DNA from: Candidatus Latescibacterota bacterium
GTDB taxonomy: Bacteria; Krumholzibacteriota; Krumholzibacteriia; WVZY01; JAKEHA01
Direction of reading: 5' to 3'
Assembly (NCBI GenBank): GCA_963707635.1
Contig: OY970173.1
Span: forward strand, 2,304,001-2,368,000
DNA: 64,000 nucleotides
Each line of letters opens with the position of its first letter. The first letter of the stretch is position 1. Position numbers and translations under genes: made by a program. This document shows positions 43,955 to 54,249 of this stretch, one piece after another. The notes beneath the pieces are model-generated. The model worked only from the letters and a program-made list of their open reading frames with translations, did no database searches and was not told where the DNA came from.

Positions 43955-46056
43955 CGGTGGTCCCGTCGAAAACTTCGGGTGGACGCGGCCGCCTGCCCGG
44001 CGATCGGCGCCTTTTCTAAGGCATTGCCTGCATTGCCTGTGTTGCCTGCGCCGCTCGCATCGCCAGCATCGCCGTCGTCGAACGCGATCTCCCGGTACGC
44101 CTCGCGCGCGCGCCGGCTTCCGTCGACGCCGGAGCGACTCTCGCGCGGCGCGCCCTTGCCGTCCGCGACCAGCAGTCGCACCACCGCGTCCCGGTCCATC
44201 AGCGCGCCGGGCGACGGCACCTGCGCCACCACGCGTCCCGCGCCGCCGCGGCAGAGCACGTTGGTCCCGCCGCGCCGCGCCGCATCGAGCGCCGCCGCGC
44301 GCTCCATGCGCAGGAAATTGGGGGTCCGGGCGCGCCCGCCCCGCGCCGGCGCGACGCTCACGGTTTCGACCGACAGCAAGTCGTCGAACAACGGCGTCGA
44401 GCTGGCAAGGCTTTCACAGATGCGCGCGAACGCGGGCGCGGCGGAATCGCCGCCGTAGCGCACCGACCACGTGGGCTCGTCGATCATGACCAGGCACGCG
44501 ATGCGCGGCGACTCGTAGGGCGCAAAGCCGATGAAGCTGGCGATGTATCGATTCGCCACGTAGCCGCGCCCTCCCGCCTTCTGGGCCGTACCCGTCTTGC
44601 CCGCCACGCGCATGAATTCCACCCGGGCGGACTGCGCGGTACCTTCTTCTACAACCGCCAGGCAGAACTCGCGCAGGGTTTTGGCGGTCGCTTGCGAAAC
44701 CACGCGTCGGACCACGACCGGCTCCGACCGGGCCACGTCCCCGGTGGCCGGGTCGGCCACGCCCCGCACCAGCCGGGGCATCATCAGGACGCCGTCGTTG
44801 GCGATGGCGGCGTACGCGTTGAGCATCTGCAGCGGCGTCACCGCCACCTCCTGCCCGAACGCCATCGTCGCCTTCGTGCGCCCGGACCAGCGATCGACCG
44901 GCGGCACCGAACCGGCGGACTCGCCGGGCAGTCCGACCCCGGTGCGCGCCCCGAACCCGAAGAGCCGCGCGTAGCCGTAGAGGTCGCCCGCCTGCAGCGC
45001 GCTCGACGCCTTCGCCATGACGATGTTGCTCGAGTACATGAACGCCTCTTCGATCGTCAGCCAGCGGTGCGGGTGCGGGTCGCGGATGGTCGCGAACCCG
45101 AGGTCGGCGGTGCCGTCTTCCGCGTCGAACGAGTCCGAGGGCGCCAGGCTGGTCTTATCGAGGAGTGCCGCCGCCGTGACGAGCTTGAAGGTCGACCCAG
45201 GCTCGTACACGTGCGACACGCACCGCAGCGTCCACAGCGAGTCGGCGTGCGACGAGTTCTCACGACCGACGACCGCCGGGAGTTCCGCCAGCGCGAGGAT
45301 CTCCCCCGTCGTCACTTCCATCACGATGACCGCTCCGCCGCGCGCGTCGCACTCGTCGACCGCGCGCCGGAGCTCGGTTTCCGCGATGTCCTGAACCGTC
45401 GCGTCGATGGTCAGGTAGACGTGCTTGCCGTCCCGCGGCTTGCGCTCGACGAACTGGTAGTAGCGGTCGCTGCGGTAGCTGCCGTTGCGAATCACCGTCT
45501 CGCGGCCCGGGGCGCCGCGCAGCGCCTGGTCGTAGGCCGCCTCCACACCGGAGAGGCCGCGGTTCTCGCGGCTCACGAACCCGACCACCTTGCTCCCAAC
45601 CTGGTCGTACGGGTAGATGCGGTTGGCCTTGAGCTCGACCACGACGCCGGCGACCTTCGCCATCTCGCGCCGCGTCTCTTCGGACAGCATGCAGTCGTGC
45701 TTCACGTAGACGAACGGCTTGCGGGAACGGAGTTTCTCACGCGCCACACTCGCGGAAACGCCGACGTCGCGCGTCAGCACCCGGATGGCGCGCTTTCCAT
45801 CCACGACGCGCGACGGCTGCACCGCCACCGAGCACCGGCGCACGTTCATCGCCAGCGGGCGCCCGTGCCGGTCGAAGATTCCGCCTCGAACCGCGTGGAT
45901 CTCCCGCGGCGCGACGCGCTGATCCACCGCCTTGCGCAGATAGGCGCCGTGGTGGATGTACTGGAGCTCGAAGAGCCGGGTCCACAGGGCCAGAATGACG
46001 ATCCCGAACACGCCGCCCACGACGCACATCCGCCGCTTCTGGTCCCGGGTCGTCAT
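43951..46056 (-). CDS. ftsI: Class B penicillin-binding protein FtsI with a PASTA domain
   Basis: EPGSTFK (SxxK), SSN, KTGTAQ, C-terminal PASTA-like segment. Confidence 0.94.
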   Translation of the reverse strand: MTTRDQKRRMCVVGGVFGIVILALWTRLFELQYIHHGAYLRKAVDQRVAPREIHAVRGGIFDRHGRPLAMNVRRCSVAVQPSRVVDGKRAIRVLTRDVGVSASVAREKLRSRKPFVYVKHDCMLSEETRREMAKVAGVVVELKANRIYPYDQVGSKVVGFVSRENRGLSGVEAAYDQALRGAPGRETVIRNGSYRSDRYYQFVERKPRDGKHVYLTIDATVQDIAETELRRAVDECDARGGAVIVMEVTTGEILALAELPAVVGRENSSHADSLWTLRCVSHVYEPGSTFKLVTAAALLDKTSLAPSDSFDAEDGTADLGFATIRDPHPHRWLTIEEAFMYSSNIVMAKASSALQAGDLYGYARLFGFGARTGVGLPGESAGSVPPVDRWSGRTKATMAFGQEVAVTPLQMLNAYAAIANDGVLMMPRLVRGVADPATGDVARSEPVVVRRVVSQATAKTLREFCLAVVEEGTAQSARVEFMRVAGKTGTAQKAGGRGYVANRYIASFIGFAPYESPRIACLVMIDEPTWSVRYGGDSAAPAFARICESLASSTPLFDDLLSVETVSVAPARGGRARTPNFLRMERAAALDAARRGGTNVLCRGGAGRVVAQVPSPGALMDRDAVVRLLVADGKGAPRESRSGVDGSRRAREAYREIAFDDGDAGDASGAGNTGNAGNALEKAPIAGQAAASTRSFRRDHR

Positions 46057-46475
46057 CGCTGTATCACCTGCGTGAGCCCGCTGACCTCGGAGCCGAGGAC
46101 GTCGTCGACCTGGAGTTCCAGGGCGCGCGGCGCCTCGAGCTCTGCCTGTCCGTCGACCGACACGCGGATCACATCCGCGGTCGTCGACTCGACCAGGCCG
46201 AGGTCACGCTCGCACGTGGTCGACACCCGCGACTTGGACGTCATGGTGGCGTAGCGCGCGGTCAGGACCCCGATCTGTTCCTTGAGCGCCGTTTCCGCGC
46301 GCTTGCGGGCGGCCACGTCCTCCATGAGGCTGCTGGTGTAGACCTGCGTCGACACATAGGCGAGCAGGCACACCGCGAAGGAGAGGTAGCCGAGCACCAT
46401 CATGGGCACGCCCAGCTTCCCGCCCAGCGCGTTGAGCAGGAACTGTCCGGCGAGCGCGGCATGGCGGCGGTTCAT
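46053..46475 (-). CDS. ftsL: FtsL-like protein
   Basis: TM helix plus coiled coil, between rsmH and ftsI; call is mainly positional. Confidence 0.65.
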   Translation of the reverse strand: MNRRHAALAGQFLLNALGGKLGVPMMVLGYLSFAVCLLAYVSTQVYTSSLMEDVAARKRAETALKEQIGVLTARYATMTSKSRVSTTCERDLGLVESTTADVIRVSVDGQAELEAPRALELQVDDVLGSEVSGLTQVIQR

Positions 46476-47401
46476 CCCCGGCCCGCCTTTCCGGTGAGTC
46501 TCTCCGCGGCCCGCAGACGGGCGCTGCGGGCGCGGGGGTTCTCGCGCAATTCCTCCGCGCCCGGCCGGACCGGACGCCGGGTCAGCACGCGCACGCGCGG
46601 GACGCGGCCGCACACGCACACCGGAATCTCCGGGGGACACACGCAGGTGGCACTCGCGTCGCGCAGGAACTGCTTCACCATGCGGTCCTCCAACGAGTGG
46701 TAACTCACCACCACCAGGCGGCCGTGCGGGTGCAGCCAATCGAGCACGCGATCCAGAAACCGCCGCAGGCCATCGAGCTCTCCGTTGACCGCGATCCGCA
46801 CCGCCTGGAACACGCGCGAGAGATCCGCCGGCGTAGTCGCGCGCCCGAGTGCGGCTTCCACCGCCCGGCGCAGGTCGGCGGTCGTGTGCATGGCGCCGGC
46901 GTCGACGGCGGCGCGAATCGTCCGCGCCAGGCGCCGGGACCGCGAGACTTCGCCGTACTCGCGCAACCAGCGCCCGATCTCGTCGGCGTCCGAGCGCGCG
47001 AGCAACGCGGCGGCGGTTTCGCCCTCGGATCCCATGCGCATGTCGAGCGGGCCGGACGCGCCGTGCGCGAAGCCGCGGCCGGCGTCGTCGATCTGCGGGC
47101 TCGACACGCCGAGGTCCAGCAGCACGCCGTCGACCTTTCCCACCGGGGCGAGGATGGAATCGACATCCGAATAGAGCCCGCGGACGAGCGTGACGCGGTC
47201 CGCGTAGGGAGCGAGCCGGCGGCCCGCCGCGTCGAGGGCGACGGGATCGCGGTCGACCCCGATCACGCGCAGATCCTCGCGCGCGCGCAGCAGCGCCTCC
47301 GCGTGTCCGCCGAAGCCGACGGTCCCGTCGAGCACCACCCGGGAGTGGTCGTGCAGGAGGCTGCCGACCACCTCTTCCGCCATCACCGGGATGTGCCGCA
47401 T
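46472..47401 (-). CDS. rsmH: 16S rRNA m4C1402 methyltransferase
   Basis: HIPVM, DGTVGFGGH, DLGVSS, LDMRM, SYHSLEDR, NPRARSA. Confidence 0.97.
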   Translation of the reverse strand: MRHIPVMAEEVVGSLLHDHSRVVLDGTVGFGGHAEALLRAREDLRVIGVDRDPVALDAAGRRLAPYADRVTLVRGLYSDVDSILAPVGKVDGVLLDLGVSSPQIDDAGRGFAHGASGPLDMRMGSEGETAAALLARSDADEIGRWLREYGEVSRSRRLARTIRAAVDAGAMHTTADLRRAVEAALGRATTPADLSRVFQAVRIAVNGELDGLRRFLDRVLDWLHPHGRLVVVSYHSLEDRMVKQFLRDASATCVCPPEIPVCVCGRVPRVRVLTRRPVRPGAEELRENPRARSARLRAAERLTGKAGRG

Positions 47402-47478
47402 TCGCTTCTCCCTTTCGGCCCGCGCACGCGGGGACTCGAGCGGCGCGCATGGCGCATATGAGAACATGCCCTCGATCA

Positions 47479-47922
47479 TCAGAAGAACGAGTTGTTGATG
47501 TCTTTGAACGCCTTCGCCATCTCTGCGTAGCGGCGCTCGATGTGCTTGGGATTCCAGACTTCGACACACGCGTTCATGTTGATGACCACGACCGTGGCGT
47601 CGAGCTGGCAGCGCTCGCGCAACTCCCTCGGCATCACGATCCGCCCCTGCGCGTCGGCCACGACCGTCTCGCGGTGGAGTTGCACGAAGCGCACGAAGTC
47701 GCGCTTGGTGTCCCCCGGCGCCTGGCTCAGGAAGCGCTGTTCGTATTCTTCCCACTGGGCGGAGGTGCGAATCTCGAGGTAGGGCGGGTCGTCGATGTTG
47801 GGGAGCAAGTGAAGCCGGTCGCCCTTCTTGAGCCTGAACCGCTCCCGCACCAGGCGCGAGAGCTGGAGCCGGCCCTTCGGGTCGATCGAGTGGAGATGCT
47901 TCTCGCCGAAGTTGCCCTGCAT
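47479..47922 (-). CDS. mraZ: dcw cluster repressor MraZ
   Basis: Two DxxGR motifs (DPKGRL, DAQGRI), VEVW; first gene of the cluster. Confidence 0.92.
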   Translation of the reverse strand: MQGNFGEKHLHSIDPKGRLQLSRLVRERFRLKKGDRLHLLPNIDDPPYLEIRTSAQWEEYEQRFLSQAPGDTKRDFVRFVQLHRETVVADAQGRIVMPRELRERCQLDATVVVINMNACVEVWNPKHIERRYAEMAKAFKDINNSFF

Positions 47923-47992
47923 GTAGCGGCCTAACTCGTTGAAAAACAGTATGTTGATCCGAATTTAGGGAACTTGCACCACTTAAGGCGGC

Positions 47993-48022
47993 ATTCTAGG
48001 GATTTTTAGGGACGATGGTCAA
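47993..48022 (-). promoter_or_regulatory. Putative mraZ/dcw promoter
   Basis: TTGACC-N18-TAGAAT. Confidence 0.7.
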
Positions 48023-48187
48023 GAGGAATCCTTTGGCAGGGTCGATAATTCACTCGGGGCGCTGTTCGGGGAAGCACGAGCGGGTGGCGCCGACGGGCGC
48101 CCGGGCTGTCGGCGACAGCGGGTGGCGCTGACACGGGGCCCCCGCGGCGGATGCCGCGGGGTGGGTCAGCGACAGGACCCGCCGTCG

Positions 48188-48997
48188 TCAATCGCGCTTC
48201 ACGCCGACGACGCAGACCGTCGCGGCCAGACGCCGGACGAGCGGCGTGCGCTCGAGCACGCGCTCCAGCGCCGCACACGCCGGCGCCAGCGCGTCGGGCG
48301 TGTTCTTGAGCACGAAGAGAAAACGCGAGACGTGGGTCACCGTGAAGCCGGCGCGCGTCAGCAGATCCGCGATGTCGCGGTCCGGCAGCGGGTGGTGATA
48401 GCGGTACGGGTGATAGGCGGCGCGGGGCGTCCCCGCGTCCGGGAGACACATCGACGGCAGGCGTTCGCGAATCCATCCGTGACGGACCGCGACGCGCTTG
48501 CCCCGCTCCACCAGGCTCGCGTGGTTGGGCGTCGAGAGCACGATGCGCCCGCCCGGTCGCAGCACGCGCCGGCATTCTGCGATCGCGGCGGCGCGGTCAT
48601 CGCCGAAGATGTGCTCGAACGTTTCCACCAGCGTGACGTAATCGAACACGCCGTTGGGGAACGGGAGCGCGGACGCGTCGGCGCCGGCCACGTCGAACGC
48701 GACCGCGTTGGCCGCTGCGATCCGCTTCCCCACCGCGAACTGGTCGGGCACGATATCGATTCCCACCGCGCGAAACCCGAGCCGCGCCAGCGCCATGACG
48801 TTGAACCCCCACGCGGAGCCGATGTCCAGCACGCGCGCGCCCGCCTTCGCGTCGAGGTGGCGGTCCACCTCGGCGAAGCGCCGGTGCATCATGTGGCGGC
48901 GGCCGCGCGGTCCCAGGTACCAGTGGCGCAGCAGGTCCGGCATGTCCTCGCGGGAGAGGTCCGCGGGAATCGAGATTTCGGGGAGCTCGAAACTCAT
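48188..48997 (-). CDS. Class I SAM-dependent methyltransferase
   Basis: VLDIGSAWG, ADASALPF..FDYV, RVLRPGGRIVLSTPN. Confidence 0.9.
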   Translation of the reverse strand: MSFELPEISIPADLSREDMPDLLRHWYLGPRGRRHMMHRRFAEVDRHLDAKAGARVLDIGSAWGFNVMALARLGFRAVGIDIVPDQFAVGKRIAAANAVAFDVAGADASALPFPNGVFDYVTLVETFEHIFGDDRAAAIAECRRVLRPGGRIVLSTPNHASLVERGKRVAVRHGWIRERLPSMCLPDAGTPRAAYHPYRYHHPLPDRDIADLLTRAGFTVTHVSRFLFVLKNTPDALAPACAALERVLERTPLVRRLAATVCVVGVKRD

Positions 48998-50493
48998 GGC
49001 GCGGCCGGTGTCACGCGATAGAGCGTGTAGTAGAACATTCCCGGCTTGCGGATGCCCAGGTTGCGAACCGTGGTCATGTACACGCGCTCGAAGCGGTGTC
49101 CGTGGACGACCCGTCCGTCGAAACGATCCGCCACGTGCTCCCGGTCGACCAGGTAGTCGACGTGGGGATAGCCGCGGGTGCCGAAATAGAGCCCCTCCGC
49201 GACGATCTCCTCGTAGTCGTGCGCGGCGCGAAGCCGCGCGGTCTCGGGCTCGACGAGTCCTCCGAGATCGAGCACGCGGCGGTGCGAGTAGAACGCGAGG
49301 TATCCGATGTCCGCGGCGGCCACGACCGCGTCCGGCTCCGAGTGCTCGCGCAGGTACCGGGCGAGCCCTGCCAGCGGCGTCATGAGGTCCTCGCTGAACG
49401 CGCGCGACGGCGGCAGGACCACGCGCGCGTAGAATACGACGTTGGTCACGACCGCGATCGCGCACGCCGCCGCGAGCGTGCGTGCCGCTGCCCGGGGCGA
49501 GATCCGGCCACCGAGCGACTCCAGCGACCGCCAGCCGCCCGCGCACACCGCGGGCGTGATCAGCAGGAGATAGCGGGAGAGGACCTGGATGTCGAACGCG
49601 ACATAGGCGAGCGGGAGCGCCACCATCCACAGCAACGAGAATCGAAACGGCCGCCCCAGCACGAACGCGCGCCGGCGCGAGACCGCGAGGTCGAGCAGCA
49701 CGGCGAGGAGCGCCACCGCCTGCGTGCCGACGACGATCTTCGCCACCGGAACCAGCTTCGTCACGAACAGGATGGGATCGGTGACGAACCCCCCGCTCTT
49801 GGCTCCGGCCGTGTTGGGGAGAAAGCTGCCGATGTGCCACTTCGCGAACAGGAGCCACGGGGCCAGCAACGCCGCGGCGGTGGCGAGGCCGGCGATCACC
49901 CACCCGCGCGACGGGCGCGGCCGCACCGTGAGGGCGCCGGCGACAAACACCGGCAGCGCGAGGTACATCTCCGGGCGCACCAGCGCGCCGAGCGCCACCG
50001 CTGCGCCGAAGCGCACCGCGCCGTGGCGGTCGTCGTAGGCGCGAACCGACGCGAGCAGCATGACGATCGCCGCGAACGCGGCCAGCGACGACTCCATGGC
50101 GAGCGCCGACCAGCGCACGAACCACGCGTCCGCCGCGAACGCGAGCGCTCCCAGCAGGGCGACGCGGCGCGACGCCCCGAGCGCGATCAGCAGGCGCTGG
50201 ATCGCCACCAGCGCGGCGAATGCGCACAGCCACGACAGCACGCGGCTCGCGTGGACGAACGCGTCGTCGCTCCCGAACGGCCGTGCGGCCGCGGCCAGCG
50301 AGATCACCCACAGCGGGCTGGTGGTGCCGAACGATGTCTCCCCCGCGTTGAAGCTGTATTCGCCGCGCGTCATGAGATTGCGCGCGTATTGCACGTGGAT
50401 GAATCCGTCGTCGGTGAACCCGTGTCGGAGCGGGAGCATTAGGGCGAACAGGAGCGCCGCCGGCAACAGATAATCGCGCCACGTGCGTCTCAC
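48994..50493 (-). CDS. Multi-TM GT-C-fold glycosyltransferase-like protein
   Basis: DDGFIHVQYARNL after TM1, SFNAGE..GTTSPLW, MES, RPE, LPNT, RYLL, DIGYLAFYS..DLGGL. Confidence 0.72.
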   Translation of the reverse strand: MRRTWRDYLLPAALLFALMLPLRHGFTDDGFIHVQYARNLMTRGEYSFNAGETSFGTTSPLWVISLAAAARPFGSDDAFVHASRVLSWLCAFAALVAIQRLLIALGASRRVALLGALAFAADAWFVRWSALAMESSLAAFAAIVMLLASVRAYDDRHGAVRFGAAVALGALVRPEMYLALPVFVAGALTVRPRPSRGWVIAGLATAAALLAPWLLFAKWHIGSFLPNTAGAKSGGFVTDPILFVTKLVPVAKIVVGTQAVALLAVLLDLAVSRRRAFVLGRPFRFSLLWMVALPLAYVAFDIQVLSRYLLLITPAVCAGGWRSLESLGGRISPRAAARTLAAACAIAVVTNVVFYARVVLPPSRAFSEDLMTPLAGLARYLREHSEPDAVVAAADIGYLAFYSHRRVLDLGGLVEPETARLRAAHDYEEIVAEGLYFGTRGYPHVDYLVDREHVADRFDGRVVHGHRFERVYMTTVRNLGIRKPGMFYYTLYRVTPAAP

Positions 50494-51782
50494 GCGCGCA
50501 CCCCCCGCGCGCAGAGCTCGTCGAGCACGTCGGCGAGATCGCCGGCGAGCCGTGAACGCTCCAGTTCGGGACGCTCCGAGAGGTCGCACTCGCTCTCCAG
50601 CGTCCCGCGGCGATGGCGGTCGAACAACTCGCCGATCGCGCGCGCGATCTCGTCGGTCGCCGCGGGGCTGGCGGTGACGCCGCGGCGCAGGCCGGTCACC
50701 AGATCACTCGCCTCGCCCGGAGGGACCAGCGCCAGCACCGGGCGCCGCAGCCCGATGTATTCGTAGAGCTTGCCGGGGACGAGCCCGTCGTAGCGCGGGT
50801 CGGCGTGCTTGATCAGCAGGAGTACATGGGCGGCTCGCTCGACGCGAAGCGTTTCCGCGTGCGGCACGGTGTCGCGGAAACGCACCAGAGACTGCAGGCC
50901 GAGACGCACCACCGCGCGCTCGTTGTCATCCTCGCGGGGCCCGAGAAACTCGACTTGAATCTCGTCGCGGGCACCGGGGCGCGCGGCGAGAAACGCGGCC
51001 AGCGCCTCGAGGAACGGGACTGCGGTGCGCCGCTGGGTGAGCGTGCCCGCGTGCACGATTCGAAACGGGCCGCCCTCCGGTGCAATCGACGCGACCGATC
51101 GCGCCTCGTCGCCGTCGTACCCGTTGGGAATGCGCAGCACGCGCGCGCCGGGGTACGACGAGCGCACCCGCGCTTCGTGCCAGCGGGTGGTGGTGACGAC
51201 GTGCGCGGTCGTGCACACCCTGGCCTCCCACTTCCGGTGCAGCCGCGCGTGCAGCGCGGTGGGGGGTGCCAGCAGGTGGAGGTTCATCCACGGGTCGCGA
51301 AAGTCCGCGAGCCACGGAAGCCCGGTGCGGCGATGCACCGCCAGGCCGACCAGGTGGGCGGTTTCCGGCGGCGAGGTGGAATAGAGCGCGTCGAAGCGCT
51401 CGGTTTTCGCGGCGGCGAGTGCGGCCTGCACGGCGAATGGATACCATCCGACGTAGGAGTCGGGCATGAGCACGGCCGACGCCGCGCGGCGGGCCACGCC
51501 GAAACCGCGCGACGAGCGTGTTTGCGAGCGGGTTCGCCCCGGCGCGCCCGCGCGCGCGAGCAGCCACTGGCCGCTCAAGGTCCGGGTTCGAATCACGCGA
51601 CACGCGGCCGGGATGCGCTCCGCGAGGGTCGGATCCGAGATCCAGTACGCGCCCGCGTCCGGCGTCACCACCGTGGTCTTCCACCCGTGCTGCGGCAGGT
51701 AGCGCACGAACGACAGCGGCCGATGGACGCCACCGCCACCCATCGGCGGAAAGAAGGGGATGATCATCAACGCGTGCTTCAC
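50490..51782 (-). CDS. GT4-family glycosyltransferase
   Basis: FPPMGGGGVHR, TSPP, DFRDPW, IPNGYD, PGKLYEY. Confidence 0.88.
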   Translation of the reverse strand: MKHALMIIPFFPPMGGGGVHRPLSFVRYLPQHGWKTTVVTPDAGAYWISDPTLAERIPAACRVIRTRTLSGQWLLARAGAPGRTRSQTRSSRGFGVARRAASAVLMPDSYVGWYPFAVQAALAAAKTERFDALYSTSPPETAHLVGLAVHRRTGLPWLADFRDPWMNLHLLAPPTALHARLHRKWEARVCTTAHVVTTTRWHEARVRSSYPGARVLRIPNGYDGDEARSVASIAPEGGPFRIVHAGTLTQRRTAVPFLEALAAFLAARPGARDEIQVEFLGPREDDNERAVVRLGLQSLVRFRDTVPHAETLRVERAAHVLLLIKHADPRYDGLVPGKLYEYIGLRRPVLALVPPGEASDLVTGLRRGVTASPAATDEIARAIGELFDRHRRGTLESECDLSERPELERSRLAGDLADVLDELCARGVRA

Positions 51783-53293
51783 GGGACGAACCACGCCAGC
51801 GCCGGGCCCAGTCCCCTTTCCGAGAGGATCGCGCGCACCCGCTCCCGCTCCTCGCCGGAAAGGACCCGCGCGCGCCGTGCGAGCCGGATATACACCCACA
51901 CCGCGACGCCGCCGGCCACGATCGTGAGCACCACTGGAGCGTGAACCAGGTTGAGCACAAAGGCGGGTGCGAGTGCCACGGCCGCGCACAGCGACGACTT
52001 TCCCAGTGCGTCGGCCATCTCCGCGGCGGCGGGCCGGATCGCGGCCAGGCGGATCGCCACCACCAGCTGCACCGCGCACGCCGACAGCTGCGCCACCCCC
52101 GTCCCCTCGAGTCCGATTCTGGGCACCAGTCCCAGCAGAAGAGTCACGTAGACGCCCGCCCAGGCGAGGTCACAATAGAGGGCGGCCCGCACCGCGTCCA
52201 GCGCCTTCATGACGCCCGTGAGCGGCGCCGCCATGGCGGACAGCGGAATCGACGCGGCGAGCAGCCACAGCGTCGTCTCCGCCCCGAGGTAGGCCCGGTT
52301 CGCGGCCAGGAGAATCAGCGCCTTCGAGTACACCACGATCGCGGCGCACGCGAACACGGACAGGAGCACGCTCGCCTTGAAGAACGCGCGGGTCGACAGC
52401 GCGACCACGTCGTCGCGCCCCTGCGCAGCGACGCGCGTCACCTCCGGTTGGAACGCGAGCACCGGCAACGCGAGGAACCGGTTCGCCATTCTGGCAATGC
52501 GCGACGCGACGTGAAACATCGACAGCGACTCGAGGGCGAGCACGTTCGAGAGCACCCAGCGGTCCACGTCGGTGAACGCGAGCGCCACCACGCTCAACCC
52601 CGCTGCGGCGACCCAGTACCGCGCCCACGGGCCCCCCGCCTCCGTCGGCGCGCGCGGCTCGACCTCCGAGCGCAGGCGCACACCGAACCACGGGAGCGCC
52701 ACCAGCGCGGTCAGCATGGACGTGACCCCCGTGATCTGAAACAGCCGGCTGATGGTCAGCGAGTCGCGCTCGACCGCCATCCATACCACCTGCAGCGCCA
52801 GCGCGACCGTCTCGAGCACCGTCTGCGACCCGAACCGGCGCAGGCCGTTGAACCCGCCGTAGAGCACCAGTTTCAGCGCCACCGCGAGGGTGGTGAGCGA
52901 GAACCACGCGAGCAACGCGGCGTCGGGCCCGCCCGCGACGTCGCGAAAAAACCGCTGCCGCATGGCCGCGAGGGCGATGAGCAGGACCCCGCACGCGAGA
53001 GCGGTGGACAGGATGGCCAGCACGGAGATCCGCACCGCCGCCGGGCGCGCCCCACGCGCGGCGTGTTCGGGGAGGAATCGAACCAGCACCTGCGGGAAGC
53101 CGTTGGCGGCGATCATCGATACCAGCAGCGAGAGCCCGCGCAGCGACGCGAACAGGCCGAACACGGTGAGCGACAGGTGCGCCGCGAGCAGCTTCATCTG
53201 CCCCAGTGTCAGCACGGTCGCGATCACGGTGGAAGCCGTGAGCGCGACCGTGTTGCCCACGAAGCGCGACGCGCCGCCGGGACGCGCCCTCAC
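51779..53293 (-). CDS. Wzx/MOP-family oligosaccharide flippase
   Basis: Many TM helices; N-terminal FVGNTVAL; DRWVL; glycan-cluster context. Confidence 0.8.
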   Translation of the reverse strand: MRARPGGASRFVGNTVALTASTVIATVLTLGQMKLLAAHLSLTVFGLFASLRGLSLLVSMIAANGFPQVLVRFLPEHAARGARPAAVRISVLAILSTALACGVLLIALAAMRQRFFRDVAGGPDAALLAWFSLTTLAVALKLVLYGGFNGLRRFGSQTVLETVALALQVVWMAVERDSLTISRLFQITGVTSMLTALVALPWFGVRLRSEVEPRAPTEAGGPWARYWVAAAGLSVVALAFTDVDRWVLSNVLALESLSMFHVASRIARMANRFLALPVLAFQPEVTRVAAQGRDDVVALSTRAFFKASVLLSVFACAAIVVYSKALILLAANRAYLGAETTLWLLAASIPLSAMAAPLTGVMKALDAVRAALYCDLAWAGVYVTLLLGLVPRIGLEGTGVAQLSACAVQLVVAIRLAAIRPAAAEMADALGKSSLCAAVALAPAFVLNLVHAPVVLTIVAGGVAVWVYIRLARRARVLSGEERERVRAILSERGLGPALAWFVP

Positions 53294-54246
53294 GCGGACC
53301 CTCCGCGCAGCGCGGCGGCCACCCGCGCCGCCAGCCGCCGTCGCCGGAACGTCGGGTATCGATACACCACGCCGCCGAGCGATTCCTTGTATTCGATCAG
53401 TGACGCCTTGCCCAGACTCGACCCGAGGTTGTAGGAGCGGTAACCCGCCTCGCACGCCTCGCGCATGCACGTCGCGTAGAGCAGCGTGCCCGCCTGGAGT
53501 TCTCCGCCGCGCGCGGACGCCATCCCGTACCACGCGATGACTTCGTCCTTATAATAGAAATTCAAATGCCCGCCCAGCAGCTCCTCGCCCTGGCACGCGA
53601 GGTAGAGTCGAACGCGCTCGCCTCCCCGCGACACCAGGCTCGTGAACAGCTGCTGCGGGTGCCCCTCGCCGCCGTCCCAGTCGCGCAGCCGTTCGCGATA
53701 GACGCCGAAGAAACGGATCACGTCGTGGAGTCCGTCGCCGCGCTCGACCACGATCCCCGCTTCCTCCGCGCGCCGCGCCCGCCGTCTCCGGGCCTTGTCG
53801 TAGCGCGAATTCCAGACCACGTCGAACCCGCCGGTCATGTCGACCACGTGGGTTTCGCTCGCGATCGCACCCGCGGATCCGTCGCCGCGCGCATTCCGGA
53901 AGTCGACCCACCCGATTTCGATCACGCCCGGCCGCGACAGTTGCCGGCGATACGCGCGCAACAATTCCTCGCAGGCGGTATCGTCCGAGCGACCCACGGG
54001 CCCGCCGTAGGTCCCGAACGGCAGCGACCACAGGACCGAGAAGGGCCCGCGGCGCGACACGAAATAGGGAAGGTAGGCGACGGCTGCTTCCCCGTCGCGG
54101 GCCACCAGGCACCGGAGGCGCAGGCGCGGATAGGCCTCGGCGAAGGACAACAGCCACGCGCTGGTGTGGTAGAACGTCGCGAGCGGTGATGCGTCCGCCA
54201 CCGCGTCCAGCTCCGCCGGAAACGTGTCGAGCAGGTCGATCTTCAT
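53290..54246 (-). CDS. FemAB-like double-GNAT acyl/aminoacyl transferase
   Basis: ATFYHTSAW, SLPFGTYGGP, RRRARRAEEAG, YNLGSS..LIEYKESLG. Confidence 0.8.
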   Translation of the reverse strand: MKIDLLDTFPAELDAVADASPLATFYHTSAWLLSFAEAYPRLRLRCLVARDGEAAVAYLPYFVSRRGPFSVLWSLPFGTYGGPVGRSDDTACEELLRAYRRQLSRPGVIEIGWVDFRNARGDGSAGAIASETHVVDMTGGFDVVWNSRYDKARRRRARRAEEAGIVVERGDGLHDVIRFFGVYRERLRDWDGGEGHPQQLFTSLVSRGGERVRLYLACQGEELLGGHLNFYYKDEVIAWYGMASARGGELQAGTLLYATCMREACEAGYRSYNLGSSLGKASLIEYKESLGGVVYRYPTFRRRRLAARVAAALRGGSA

Positions 54247-54249
54247 CGG

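Noticed and set aside
48078..48170. Short direct repeat (GCGGGTGGCGCYGAC twice) and a GC hairpin at 48140-48161
   Set aside because: Two copies only and no U-tract. It is not a CRISPR array or an evident REP, and is plausible by chance or as a 3' stabilising hairpin.
48188..50482. 764-aa ORF suggesting a large methyltransferase fusion
   Set aside because: The upstream part is off-frame over the GT-C gene. The real start is ATG 48997, overlapping the upstream stop.
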